From NCBI GenBank assembly GCA_965277675.1, contig OZ255839.1, forward strand, positions 1,260,543 through 1,324,542: DNA of 64,000 nt. Direction: 5' to 3'. The notes beneath the pieces were generated by a model. It did not search any database. It had not been told where the DNA came from and saw nothing but the letters and a program-made list of their open reading frames with translations. The position numbers and the translations under genes were made by a program. Numbering within the stretch: position 1 is the stretch's first letter; each line of letters begins with the position of its first letter. Below are positions 49,149-58,583 of this stretch, piece by piece. This stretch comes from Candidatus Azotimanducaceae bacterium (lineage in GTDB: Bacteria; Pseudomonadota; Gammaproteobacteria; Pseudomonadales; Azotimanducaceae).

Positions 49149-49269
49149 GATGACCTCTAAGATACCCCTATATTACGTGATTGGCGCGTCCTTGGATTGC
49201 CTGTCGAGGCATCCGCGGGGTGATTCTCAACGTAGAACCCTGGACCTGTAAAAAACTGGTACAAAAGTC

Positions 49270-50283
49270 ATGCGATATCTCACTCTGGCTACCCTGCTGC
49301 TGATTGCCGGCTGTGTCGCGGCACCTGCCTTCAAAGGTGCCGATGTGGCCAATTTTGACGGTGAACAGTTTATCAATCGCACGCCCATGACCAAGACCAT
49401 CACCGATATGATGTCACTGGGCTGGGGCATGGTCACCGAGGCAAGTCCGTGGCCAACGTGGATCGAGATCGAACCACAATCCATACCGGAGATCAGCGCT
49501 GACATCGGAGTCACCTTCGTCAATCACTCTACCCTGCTGATCCAGATTGACGGCCTCAATATCCTCACAGATCCCATCTGGGCTGACCGGGCGAGCCCCT
49601 TCCAGTGGGCAGGACCAAAACGCGTACACGCACCCGGGGTCAAGCTGCAAGATCTGCCACACATCGATATTGTTCTGATCAGCCACAACCACTACGACCA
49701 CCTGGACGAAGCCACATTGATCGCCCTTGCGGACCAGCAGGAAACAGCCCCGCTCGTGATAACCGGACTCGGCAATGGTTTGCTACTGGAGGAACTGGGT
49801 CTGCCCCGATACCAGGAACTTAACTGGAACGAAAACATCGACGTGGGCGAACTGACCGTGACTTTCACCGAATGCCGACACAGAAGCGGACGAGGATTGA
49901 CTGATCAGATGAAGACCCTGTGGGGTTCCTTTGTCATTGAGTCACCCTCAGGCAACCTATACTTCGCTGGCGACACTGGTTTTGATCGGCATTTCGCCGA
50001 CGCGGGCGAGACTTTCGGCGAATTTGAACTGGCCCTGTTACCCATCGGCGCTTATGAGCCTCGCTGGTTCATGGCCGATGTGCACTTAAACCCGCTGGAA
50101 GCGGTTGTTGCACACAAACAATTAAACGCAAAGCAGAGTGTCGGCATTCATTTCGGCACCTTCCAGCTAACCTATGAGGCCATCGACACCCCGATGACTG
50201 AACTGGCGCAGGCCCTCAGCGATGAAGGCGTTGCGACCGAGGACTTCATCATCATGCAGGTAGGCGAGACCCGCGCCTTCTAG
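49270..50283 (+). CDS. MBL-fold metallo-hydrolase lipoprotein (NAPE-PLD-like)
   Basis: Lipobox LLLIAGC and the zinc motif VLISHNHYDHLD. Confidence 0.8.
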   Translation: MRYLTLATLLLIAGCVAAPAFKGADVANFDGEQFINRTPMTKTITDMMSLGWGMVTEASPWPTWIEIEPQSIPEISADIGVTFVNHSTLLIQIDGLNILTDPIWADRASPFQWAGPKRVHAPGVKLQDLPHIDIVLISHNHYDHLDEATLIALADQQETAPLVITGLGNGLLLEELGLPRYQELNWNENIDVGELTVTFTECRHRSGRGLTDQMKTLWGSFVIESPSGNLYFAGDTGFDRHFADAGETFGEFELALLPIGAYEPRWFMADVHLNPLEAVVAHKQLNAKQSVGIHFGTFQLTYEAIDTPMTELAQALSDEGVATEDFIIMQVGETRAF

Positions 50284-50363
50284 CCGGATTCCTGGCATCC
50301 CTGCAAAAGTTGCACTTCTGAGCGCGTCCTCGTATAACGAAAAGAAAAAAGAGGGTTAGCGGC

Positions 50364-50828
50364 ATGACACAACAAACGGATACCGAGTTTGCAGCGGAGC
50401 TTAACCGAAAGGGCCATCTGGCGTTTTCATGGGACGATCTGGACAAGGTGGAACTGCCGACAGGTGTTGTCACCAGCATGTATCGTGTCGGTGACCCGGC
50501 CGATGAATCTTCACCAACCGTTTTCAAAGTTTATTTCCCGCCGGAATGTTATGTCGAAGCGCATACCCACGAGTGCGACTACACCGAAATCATTGTAGAG
50601 GGCTCCCAGAAAGTCGGCGCTACCTGGCACAAGGCCGGTGACGTGCGTATTGGCCTCGCTAACCGTGGCTACGGCCCACTGGTAGCGGGTCCTGAGGGCG
50701 CCACCGTGTTATTCATGTTCAAAGACGGTCGATGGCCGGCACTCAAGCTGGGTAACAACGATGGCTCGACACTGGGCAGCGAGGTGATCGCAGATCATCT
50801 CGATAAGATCAACACGGCAAGCCAATGA
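50364..50828 (+). CDS. Cupin-like small protein
   Basis: VEAHTHECDYTEIIVEG metal-site-like motif. Its stop overlaps the Rieske gene start (ATGA). Confidence 0.5.
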   Translation: MTQQTDTEFAAELNRKGHLAFSWDDLDKVELPTGVVTSMYRVGDPADESSPTVFKVYFPPECYVEAHTHECDYTEIIVEGSQKVGATWHKAGDVRIGLANRGYGPLVAGPEGATVLFMFKDGRWPALKLGNNDGSTLGSEVIADHLDKINTASQ

Positions 50829-52006
50829 ACGGAGATGCCCGAGAAAACGACCTGATGCAGCTTGCGCGTCGGGCGCTGCAACATCAGCAGCATCGCACTA
50901 CGGATACAACCGATGAGGTGATGTCGATGCCGATAACTGCCTATACCGATGTAGAACGGTATCAGGCTGAAAGGACCCGAATCTTCAAAACACTCCCCCT
51001 GGCCATGGCTTTAACCATCGAGCTACCCGAACCAGGTGACTACAAAACCATCTACGCCATGGATACCCCACTACTGCTGGTTCGGGGTGATGACGGTCAG
51101 GTCCGTGCTTTCCTTAACGTCTGCCGTCATCGCGGTGCGCGAGTCTGCGAGACGGAGACCGGCAACGTGCGCACCTTTTCCTGCCCCTATCACGCCTGGG
51201 TCTATGATCGGCAAGGCACTCTGGTGAGCCGCTATGGTTCAAAAACCTTTGGTGAAGTTGACGAGCAAAACCTGGGACTTAGCCAGCTTGGCTGTGCTGA
51301 AGCGGCGGGCATTATCTGGGTAACGCTGGGGGCTAACGAGCCCTTTGATGTGCATGCATGGCTTGGGGATATGGAAGCACACCTCAAATCCCTGGAACTC
51401 GATTCCTGGCATCTCTTTGAAAAACGAGAGCTCATCGGACCTGGCTGGAAGGTCACCATGGACGGCTACCTTGAGATTTACCACCACAATTCCGTGCATG
51501 GTGCGACCGTTGGGCAACACACCATCGGTAACCTGTTAGTCCTCGATACCTATGGTCCCCATCAGCGTCTGACCCTGGGCAGAAAGACACTCGGTTCATT
51601 GGCTGAGACGCCAGAATCGCAGTGGCAACCGCTGGAACACATTCGACTCGTCCACAACTGCTTCCCGAACCTGTCCATCTCAGGCATTCTTGGCGATCAC
51701 TGCCTGGTCAGTCAGATTTTTCCGGGTGAAACGCCGGACACCACTCGCACGATCCAGATGGTACTGGCCGCAAAGAAACCTGAAACAGAGGCCGACCTGG
51801 CGAGCACGCAACAGTTTAGCGATATGGTACGACAGGCCGTTCAAGACGAAGACTATCGACTGGGTATGCTCATTCAGCAGGGCATAGACAGTGGCGCCAA
51901 CACGGAATTTTTGTACGGCAAGAACGAACCGGCTGTACAGAATTATCACCGCTGGATCGAACGTTTCATGCACCAGCAAGCAGATATCAACTGGTCTGAC
52001 AGCTAG
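50825..52006 (+). CDS. Rieske (2Fe-2S) non-heme-iron oxygenase alpha subunit
   Basis: CRHRGARVCE...FSCPYHAWVY Rieske motif and a downstream EIYHHNSVH iron site. Confidence 0.9.
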   Translation: MNGDARENDLMQLARRALQHQQHRTTDTTDEVMSMPITAYTDVERYQAERTRIFKTLPLAMALTIELPEPGDYKTIYAMDTPLLLVRGDDGQVRAFLNVCRHRGARVCETETGNVRTFSCPYHAWVYDRQGTLVSRYGSKTFGEVDEQNLGLSQLGCAEAAGIIWVTLGANEPFDVHAWLGDMEAHLKSLELDSWHLFEKRELIGPGWKVTMDGYLEIYHHNSVHGATVGQHTIGNLLVLDTYGPHQRLTLGRKTLGSLAETPESQWQPLEHIRLVHNCFPNLSISGILGDHCLVSQIFPGETPDTTRTIQMVLAAKKPETEADLASTQQFSDMVRQAVQDEDYRLGMLIQQGIDSGANTEFLYGKNEPAVQNYHRWIERFMHQQADINWSDS

Positions 52007-52016
52007 CATTGAAGCA

Positions 52017-53369
52017 CTAGGGCAGGGTTTCGACATAAGCCGCCCTGCCCTGATTAAGCAGCCAGATCGCAATAGGTCCAACCACCAGAGAAACCAGGGC
52101 CAGCGATTTTGCAACCGCAAGTGGATCAGCGAAGACATAATCTGTTGTTGCCGCCACCAACGTTGGACCGAGCGCTAAACCAAGTACGTTAGTGGTGACC
52201 ACATACAAACCGTTGACGACACCTCGCATATTATTGGGCGTCACTTCCTGCATCACTGTGGTAATCAGCGCCAGAGGCAGGGTGACCGAGAAACTCGCCA
52301 GACCAATACTCACAAGTGCCAACTCCCCGGTCGGTTGAAACGGCAGAGAGGCAAGCGACAACGTTGCCATCAAGGCGCCGAAGACAGCAACTTTCAACGG
52401 TGCATCCAGATGTCCGCGACGCGCCAGAAATCGCGCAACAAAAGGCCCTGTGAGCACACCTGACGAGCCGGCAACCAAAGCCACCACGCCATAGGTTCGC
52501 CCGGCATCCGCCAGATCCCATTCATAAACACGCAGCAATATGGTGGGCGTCCAGCCCTGCAGCCCATATAACATGACGACAATGAACGGTACGCCAAGAT
52601 GTAACGCGGCATAGACTCGCTTGTTCGCCATCAAATAACGCCAGACTTCTGACCAGGGCGGCACTTCGGATTGTGTCGCCTGCCTGCCTTTGCGGGCTGG
52701 CTCCCGAATAGTCGCCAGCAACGCCACCACAAGCACACCGGGCAAGCCAACGGCGATAAAAGTTGCCTGCCAGGGGGCGACCACGCCAATAAGCGGCAGG
52801 ACCACCTGATCAACACTACGACTCCAGTCCAGCACCTCTGCACCTGCAATCATTGCAATCCCGGCGCCCAGGTAGGGCCCCATTAGGTAAACGCTAATGG
52901 GCCGGGACAACCGCGCCGGTCGAAAATAGTCCGCCAGGACCGACCAGGCTGCGGGGGTCAATGCCGCCTCCCCTGCCCCAACGCCAAACCGGGCAAACAG
53001 CAGCTGGGTGTAATTTTTAGAAAGCCCGCAGGCAATGGTTGTCGCACTCCAGACAAGCACGCCACCAATCATGATATGCACCCGGTTAAACCGGTCTACC
53101 ATGCGGCCTATGGGAACACTCATCAGAATATAGGTCAGCGCAAACGCGAGGCCTTGCAGGAAGCTGATCTGGGTATCGGAGACCTGCAGATCCTGGCGTA
53201 TCGGCTCTACCAAAAGGTTCAGGACCTGACGATCTACAAAGGAAAACGTAAAGGCAATCAGCAGAATAAACGTGACCAACCAGCCTCGCGCCTCACTGGG
53301 CCAGTCGTTCTCTTGACTTTCGTTCTCTTGACTTTCGTTCCCTGAACTTTCGTTATCTGACGCTTGCAT
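52017..53369 (-). CDS. MFS transporter
   Basis: About 12 hydrophobic segments, VPIGRMVDRFNR loop 2-3 motif, and an acidic repetitive N-terminus. Confidence 0.9.
   Translation of the reverse strand: MQASDNESSGNESQENESQENDWPSEARGWLVTFILLIAFTFSFVDRQVLNLLVEPIRQDLQVSDTQISFLQGLAFALTYILMSVPIGRMVDRFNRVHIMIGGVLVWSATTIACGLSKNYTQLLFARFGVGAGEAALTPAAWSVLADYFRPARLSRPISVYLMGPYLGAGIAMIAGAEVLDWSRSVDQVVLPLIGVVAPWQATFIAVGLPGVLVVALLATIREPARKGRQATQSEVPPWSEVWRYLMANKRVYAALHLGVPFIVVMLYGLQGWTPTILLRVYEWDLADAGRTYGVVALVAGSSGVLTGPFVARFLARRGHLDAPLKVAVFGALMATLSLASLPFQPTGELALVSIGLASFSVTLPLALITTVMQEVTPNNMRGVVNGLYVVTTNVLGLALGPTLVAATTDYVFADPLAVAKSLALVSLVVGPIAIWLLNQGRAAYVETLP
53306..53365. repeat. Four tandem 15-bp units (two identical, two diverged) inside the 5' end of the MFS gene
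   Basis: cgttctcttgacttt x2, then cgttccctgaacttt and cgttatctgacgctt. These encode DNESS-GNESQ-ENESQ-EN. Confidence 0.85.
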
Positions 53370-53900
53370 CTAAGACAGGTCGCCCAGCATGCGATGTTCT
53401 GCGCTGGTATGTTCGAGTGTCATGTCGTAGATCTGCCAGCCAACCCCTGCAACAAAGCGAACCTGGTCGCGATAGGTCCCCAGGACTATACGGACCTTAC
53501 GATCGGGCCAGGCGTGCCAGGCCTGCAGATAACTCGATAGCCCGGCGTTGCCGGCCACCAGTTCGCCGTCTTCAAACCGGGCGTCCTGAAACTCAACCAG
53601 TTGAGTACCGATCAAGTGCTGAGTCGTTTCATAAGGCGCCAGAGCCCCGGCAACAACGTCTGCCCAGCTATCGGGCCCTGTCCCCGACAGCGGCCGCGAG
53701 GAACCCGTCACCCTGACGGCAACATCCGGCGTGAAAATCCGGTGAAATATCTCGCGCCCCCAATGCCGGGCTGAGTCATCAGCCGTGTTGCCCAGCGCGT
53801 CTGTGGCCTGACCGTAAAGGCGGCGTAAATATTCGATCTCCTGCCGCGCTACCGCCAACTGATAACGTTCTTCCCGTGTGAGTGCTTGCTCATTGAACAT
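53370..53900 (-). CDS. SnoaL-like / NTF2-fold protein
   Basis: 176 aa. N-terminal ARQEIEYLRRLYGQATD helix and a size typical of SnoaL_4-type proteins. Abuts the MFS gene with no gap. Confidence 0.6.
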   Translation of the reverse strand: MFNEQALTREERYQLAVARQEIEYLRRLYGQATDALGNTADDSARHWGREIFHRIFTPDVAVRVTGSSRPLSGTGPDSWADVVAGALAPYETTQHLIGTQLVEFQDARFEDGELVAGNAGLSSYLQAWHAWPDRKVRIVLGTYRDQVRFVAGVGWQIYDMTLEHTSAEHRMLGDLS

Positions 53901-54005
53901 CTGTCCGAGTCCCTCATGCCGTTGTTTTATTCTTGTTTATGGCGCCTGTTCATAGCGACAGGTGAGTGTTAGATTCAGGGCATATCGGTTCGAGGTCAAG
54001 CTACC

Positions 54006-54866
54006 ATGTTTAAAGTGTTCGCTTTTCTGAAACGCAATACGGCGTTGCTGACGCACGATGAATATCGCATGGGGCACGTTGGTTACCACTGTGGACAGAG
54101 TCGGCGGCTCAAGGATATCCGCGGCTATCTGGTCAACGTGTGGGCGAATCAAGCCTTCCAGCAACAGGTGGGTGATGAGCGCTACCAGGCGCTGACGATC
54201 AATGAACCCGATGGTTTCCTTGACTGGTGGGATGGTTTTCCACAGGTCTATTTCGACGATCAGGAAGCCTGGGTTAACGCCCTGACGCTGGAACCAACAA
54301 GAGCTACCGCTGAAGGCCTGGTTATCGATCCGGACTGGTCACTTGATGACGGTCCGTTTCTGTTTGATCCGGTACCGGACAGACCCGGCGAATTCAAACC
54401 CTGCCACATCCTGATGCATGAAGAGATTATCAAGCCGGTTGAACGTCAGGAGGCGCGGGTTTACAAACTGATGCAGTTCTTCAAATTCAAACCCGGTATC
54501 GATCAGGCCGAGGTTACCCAGACCTACGCGCCGTTGCTCAACCGCATGACCCGGAACCAGGGATGCATCATCAACTATCGGGATGCCGATGAGGCCGCCG
54601 CAATGCGGGGGTTTTACCCCGATGACTCCTGGGGACATAGCGATGAGGGTGTCGGCCATCGACAGGAATTCTGTGCAATGTGGGATGGCGCCATCGAACA
54701 CTACTTCGCCGATCTTGACAGCTTTTTGAACGAACGGCAGGTACTGGGCGAAGCGATAGCAAACGCTGAGCAGACTCTGTTTGCCGCCAACTGGTACATC
54801 GCCATTGACGAAAACCTGGTCGTGATGCCCAACCGCAACCCACCCCCCAGCTTTTACTTTCGGTGA
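54006..54866 (+). CDS. Double EthD-domain protein (paralog 1)
   Basis: MFKVFAFLKRNTALLTHDEYRMGHVGYH, plus a second EthD-like start at YKLMQFFKFKPGIDQAEV. Confidence 0.6.
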   Translation: MFKVFAFLKRNTALLTHDEYRMGHVGYHCGQSRRLKDIRGYLVNVWANQAFQQQVGDERYQALTINEPDGFLDWWDGFPQVYFDDQEAWVNALTLEPTRATAEGLVIDPDWSLDDGPFLFDPVPDRPGEFKPCHILMHEEIIKPVERQEARVYKLMQFFKFKPGIDQAEVTQTYAPLLNRMTRNQGCIINYRDADEAAAMRGFYPDDSWGHSDEGVGHRQEFCAMWDGAIEHYFADLDSFLNERQVLGEAIANAEQTLFAANWYIAIDENLVVMPNRNPPPSFYFR

Positions 54867-54873
54867 ACCACAC

Positions 54874-55722
54874 ATGCTAAAGGTCTTTGGTTTTGTTACC
54901 CGCAACCCACGTTTAACGCACGATGAATACCGTGCTGGCCATGTTGGATATCACAATTCGTTCGGACGGCGCCTGAACAACATTCGCGGTTATCTGCTGA
55001 ATGTGGCCGCCAATAGCCCCATCAGGGAGACACTGGGCGCTGAACTCGTCGAGACACTTTCGATGCAGGAACCAATGGATTTTGATGAGCAGTGGGATGG
55101 CTGGGGTCAATTGATGTTTGACCGGCTTGAGGACTATCTCGCCGCACGGACACCTGCCCGCGACCGACCGAGCCCAGATGGGCTGGTATCAGACGATATG
55201 GTGGGTAAAGTTGGCGATGACTTTGATGAACTCTATGCGGGCTCACCGTTTCAGTTCCACATTGATGAGCATGTCGCCAGACCAGTGACACGCCCGGAGC
55301 AAAAGCTCTTCAAAATGGTGCAGTTCGGCCGGCGTCTTCCTGAGCTGCCCGCACCGCTGTACCGGGCCTACTACACCGGTCGTTATGCGGCACTCGCAAA
55401 GACCATACCGGGGTTGCGCGGCCTGGTGATCAACTTCAGAACTGACCTGGATGTCATGAGCGGCTTTTTTGCGCCGGATTCTGAAGGCTTCACACCTGAG
55501 GGTATCGCCCGACGGAACCGTTTTTATCAGAGCTGGGACAGCATGGCTGAGTATTGGTTTGATGCACCCGAAAACTTCATCGACGCCCGAAACGACAGTG
55601 CTTACAACGACCTGAAGACAATGGAGTCTGAGCTGTTCTCCAGCGTGTTCTACAGGGAAGTTGACGAAACCGTCGCTGTTCTGCCTAAACGGGACCCGGC
55701 ACCTGACTTCTATCATCGCTGA
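54874..55722 (+). CDS. Double EthD-domain protein (paralog 2)
   Basis: MLKVFGFVTRNPRLTHDEYRAGHVGYH...IRGYLLNV is collinear with the preceding gene. The second half starts at FKMVQFGRRLPELP. Confidence 0.6.
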   Translation: MLKVFGFVTRNPRLTHDEYRAGHVGYHNSFGRRLNNIRGYLLNVAANSPIRETLGAELVETLSMQEPMDFDEQWDGWGQLMFDRLEDYLAARTPARDRPSPDGLVSDDMVGKVGDDFDELYAGSPFQFHIDEHVARPVTRPEQKLFKMVQFGRRLPELPAPLYRAYYTGRYAALAKTIPGLRGLVINFRTDLDVMSGFFAPDSEGFTPEGIARRNRFYQSWDSMAEYWFDAPENFIDARNDSAYNDLKTMESELFSSVFYREVDETVAVLPKRDPAPDFYHR

Positions 55723-55782
55723 CCAAAAACGGACCCGTCGTCACCACTCGACAACAAATCATAATAAAAAAAGAGCCGACCT

Positions 55783-56238
55783 ATGCTGTCTCCCGATCTT
55801 GTATTTACCATTGCCAACGCGGCGGTGCTGCCATTCTGGTTACTCCTGGTCTTCGTGCCGCATGCAAGCGTCACCAATACCCTGGTTCACTCCGGGCTGA
55901 TTCCTGTTCTGTATGGTGTGCTCTACACCACTTACATTGGCATCACCATGGTTAACGGCGGGCCGGAAGGCGGTGGCATGGGTTCACTAGGCGCGCTTCA
56001 GATCGCTTTGTCTGCCCCCGACGCGCTGGTTGCAGCCTGGGTGCACTATCTGGTGTTCGATCTCTTCGTCGGTGCCTGGATGACAAGAGATGCCAAAAGA
56101 CACGGCATCATGCATGTCGCCATCGTCATTCCACTAATACTCACCTTGATGGCCGGTCCGCTGGGCCTGCTGCTTTACATCGCACTACGTGCCGGCTGGA
56201 AACAGCGTTTCACGTTGAACGAGGCTGAGCCTGTCTGA
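55783..56238 (+). CDS. ABA4-like (DUF4281) membrane protein
   Basis: LVFTIANAAVLPFWLLLVFVPH and WVHYLVFDLFVG resemble the ABA4-like family, from memory. Confidence 0.6.
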   Translation: MLSPDLVFTIANAAVLPFWLLLVFVPHASVTNTLVHSGLIPVLYGVLYTTYIGITMVNGGPEGGGMGSLGALQIALSAPDALVAAWVHYLVFDLFVGAWMTRDAKRHGIMHVAIVIPLILTLMAGPLGLLLYIALRAGWKQRFTLNEAEPV

Positions 56239-56889
56239 ATGGGTCTGAAGTACCGGTATCAAACCTATCAGATAGGCGCCCACCGAATTCGGCTGCGAAC
56301 CCTGAGGGATCTTGACCAGTACGTCGATACCGGGGGCTTGACCGAAGCTGCGGGTATCAGCCGCGAAGCCTTCCCACTTTTCGGCGTGGTCTGGGCCTCG
56401 GCTGAGGTCCTCGCGAATCTGCTGGTAAGGCGCGACCTCAGCGATAAACGCGTCCTTGAGGTCGGTTGCGGCATGGCGCTGGTGAGTCATACCCTTAATG
56501 CAATGGCGGTCGACGTGACTGCGATGGATATTCACCCGATTGCCGGACAACTGCTGGCCGACAATACCACGTTGAATCGCGGGCGCCCTATTCCGTTTAG
56601 CTGCGCATCCTGGGGTGCCCCTGATCTCGCACCAGGGGAATACAACCTGATCGTCGCCAGCGATGTGTTGTACGAACCTAAACATGTCCGCACCCTGCCG
56701 GCTTTTATCGACCGGCACCTTGCAACGGCCGGTGAAGTAATCATCGTCGACCCGGATCGCGGTCAGTCCGATGGTTTTCTTGCGGAGATGCAGGAAAGAG
56801 GTTTTGAGTGTAGAACCTCAACACCTGACTTTATTGACCACTTGAACGTTCGCTATGACGGCGCTATCCATGAACTAACGCGAAAGTAA
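56239..56889 (+). CDS. Class I SAM-dependent methyltransferase (Methyltransf_16/lysine-MTase-like)
   Basis: VLEVGCGMALVS motif I and VASDVLYE post-II motif. The ATG directly abuts the preceding TGA. Confidence 0.8.
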   Translation: MGLKYRYQTYQIGAHRIRLRTLRDLDQYVDTGGLTEAAGISREAFPLFGVVWASAEVLANLLVRRDLSDKRVLEVGCGMALVSHTLNAMAVDVTAMDIHPIAGQLLADNTTLNRGRPIPFSCASWGAPDLAPGEYNLIVASDVLYEPKHVRTLPAFIDRHLATAGEVIIVDPDRGQSDGFLAEMQERGFECRTSTPDFIDHLNVRYDGAIHELTRK

Positions 56890-56900
56890 TGAACGCCTCA

Positions 56901-58583
56901 CTAAAACCGGTCTGCCAGCCGCACCGACACCAGCGATGAATCCACGTCCGGATCATTTCTATTCGTCAGCGGAAAGGCGACATCGATATGCAGAAATCGG
57001 CCCGCATCCGATTTGCTCGATGCCAGGCGTAGACCAAAGCCAACGTTTGCGAGGTAGTCATCCTCAAAGTTTGTATCAACGTCCGGGTCCCAGGCGCGCC
57101 CAATATCAACAAAAAATGCCCAGCCTACCCTGACCAGATTAAACAAATGGATATCCGTATAGGTACGGCGTTCCAGGTTAAGTGCGAATGATCGATCACC
57201 TACCTGAAATCGATTATCAAATGCTCTGAGATAGTTTTCTCCTCCCATAAAAATCTGCTGATTGGTATTCAGATTCTTCGTGTAGGTTGTCCTGAAATCG
57301 GCCAGATAGGATCGATACTTAGAGGGAGAAACGATATACCTGAGGCGGTAGTTCATCACCAGATCTTCCGCTCTATCAGTATCAAAATTGTGTAAACCCG
57401 AAAATGTCAGGCTGTGAACAAACAGGTGTCGCGCACTGTGAAGCAGTGTATCCCGATAGGCACCTTCGAAGACAAATCTATCCGCGTTACCACCAAAAGC
57501 CGCATCTGAGTAGCCCAGTCTCGTGTAAAACTGGCGCCCAACATGCAAATCTTCTATGCGCTCAAACTGATAAAGGTTGACCCGCTCTTCATACTTATCC
57601 TCGATGGAGGAGAACTCGACATAGGGAAAAGACAGCTCACGATCTTCCGGAAACGGATCAGGTGGGGGCAAGTCCTCTCCTGGCGAGAACCTGTCATTTC
57701 TGTGCCACCAACCCAGATACCAGCGCCGGGTCACGCCATCCTGGAGACCATTCGAGAGACCGTAGGCAACACGGTAATCCTCATGGTCATGACGCACCTC
57801 CGTCACCTCGTCTCCCCTGAAAAACTGCTCGTCGATCTTTTCGTTCTCACGAAAAGACAACGTCCAGGCCCGCGTCGCATCGAGGGAGTAAAACGGCAGC
57901 TCCAGTAATGCAAACGCATCGGAACCATCATCGTTATCCGCATAACGAAGCCGTGTTTTCAGGCGGCTGCCGCGCAGGTTGTCGTTCTTGTAGGAAAGTT
58001 CAGTAGAATCCCGATCGATATCCTGCTTCGTCTTCAGTGAGAGCTCCGTACCGGTGCCCATGAGATTCGTGTCACGAATACCAAGGCCAAAATTGTTCTC
58101 GCCGCCGGAACGATCAAAGGACGCATCGATGGTCAAAGACCAGACATCCCGGGTAATGACTTCTACCGCAACATCGTCACCACACCGGCTGACTGGTCTG
58201 ATATCAGCATCATAAAGATATTGCCGGCTGCGCAGCAGTCGGGCTGACTCATCAATAAGACGGGGCTCGTAGGCATCCCCTTCCTGGAACAACAGGACAT
58301 TCTTGATCAATCCGGCCCGCGTATTGACGTGAATGCGATTGAGGAACCGATAAACGGGATTACTTTCCCGGGGGTTAGCTTCATCAAAAACATCAAGGTT
58401 CGTGACATGAACCTTGGATATCCTGGGCTCGCCCGATAACTCAAACTGGCGGTTTGCCTGTTCTGTGAAGCCATAACTGCCGGACGCTGGCGCGAACAAT
58501 TGCTCACAACCGATCTCGTCTGCCCGGGCCTTTAGCGCAACAACAACCAGCAACAAGACAAGCACCGTTTTAACGTGCCACAT
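56901..58583 (-). CDS. Omp85/surface-antigen (D15) family outer-membrane beta-barrel with N-terminal POTRA-like region
   Basis: Signal peptide MWHVKTVLVLLLVVVALKARA, alternating beta-strand pattern, and a terminal ...SVRLADRF ending in Phe. Confidence 0.7.
   Translation of the reverse strand: MWHVKTVLVLLLVVVALKARADEIGCEQLFAPASGSYGFTEQANRQFELSGEPRISKVHVTNLDVFDEANPRESNPVYRFLNRIHVNTRAGLIKNVLLFQEGDAYEPRLIDESARLLRSRQYLYDADIRPVSRCGDDVAVEVITRDVWSLTIDASFDRSGGENNFGLGIRDTNLMGTGTELSLKTKQDIDRDSTELSYKNDNLRGSRLKTRLRYADNDDGSDAFALLELPFYSLDATRAWTLSFRENEKIDEQFFRGDEVTEVRHDHEDYRVAYGLSNGLQDGVTRRWYLGWWHRNDRFSPGEDLPPPDPFPEDRELSFPYVEFSSIEDKYEERVNLYQFERIEDLHVGRQFYTRLGYSDAAFGGNADRFVFEGAYRDTLLHSARHLFVHSLTFSGLHNFDTDRAEDLVMNYRLRYIVSPSKYRSYLADFRTTYTKNLNTNQQIFMGGENYLRAFDNRFQVGDRSFALNLERRTYTDIHLFNLVRVGWAFFVDIGRAWDPDVDTNFEDDYLANVGFGLRLASSKSDAGRFLHIDVAFPLTNRNDPDVDSSLVSVRLADRF

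Noticed and set aside
47281-49200. Integrated genomic island or prophage at tRNA-Gly
   Set aside because: No integrase, transposase, phage genes or duplicated tRNA 3' end (att-like direct repeat) was found. Only a short local repeat actcaatc x2 is present. I describe it as a small islet, not a mobile element.
50293-50314. Sigma-54 promoter-like tggcat...ttgca upstream of the cupin gene
   Set aside because: GG-to-GC spacing is 9 or 18 nt instead of the required 12, so it does not fit the -24/-12 geometry.
54339-56718. Antisense ORFs 54339..54905, 55243..55716 and 56185..56718
   Set aside because: They lie opposite the EthD paralogs and the methyltransferase, whose sense frames carry family motifs. 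No independent support exists.
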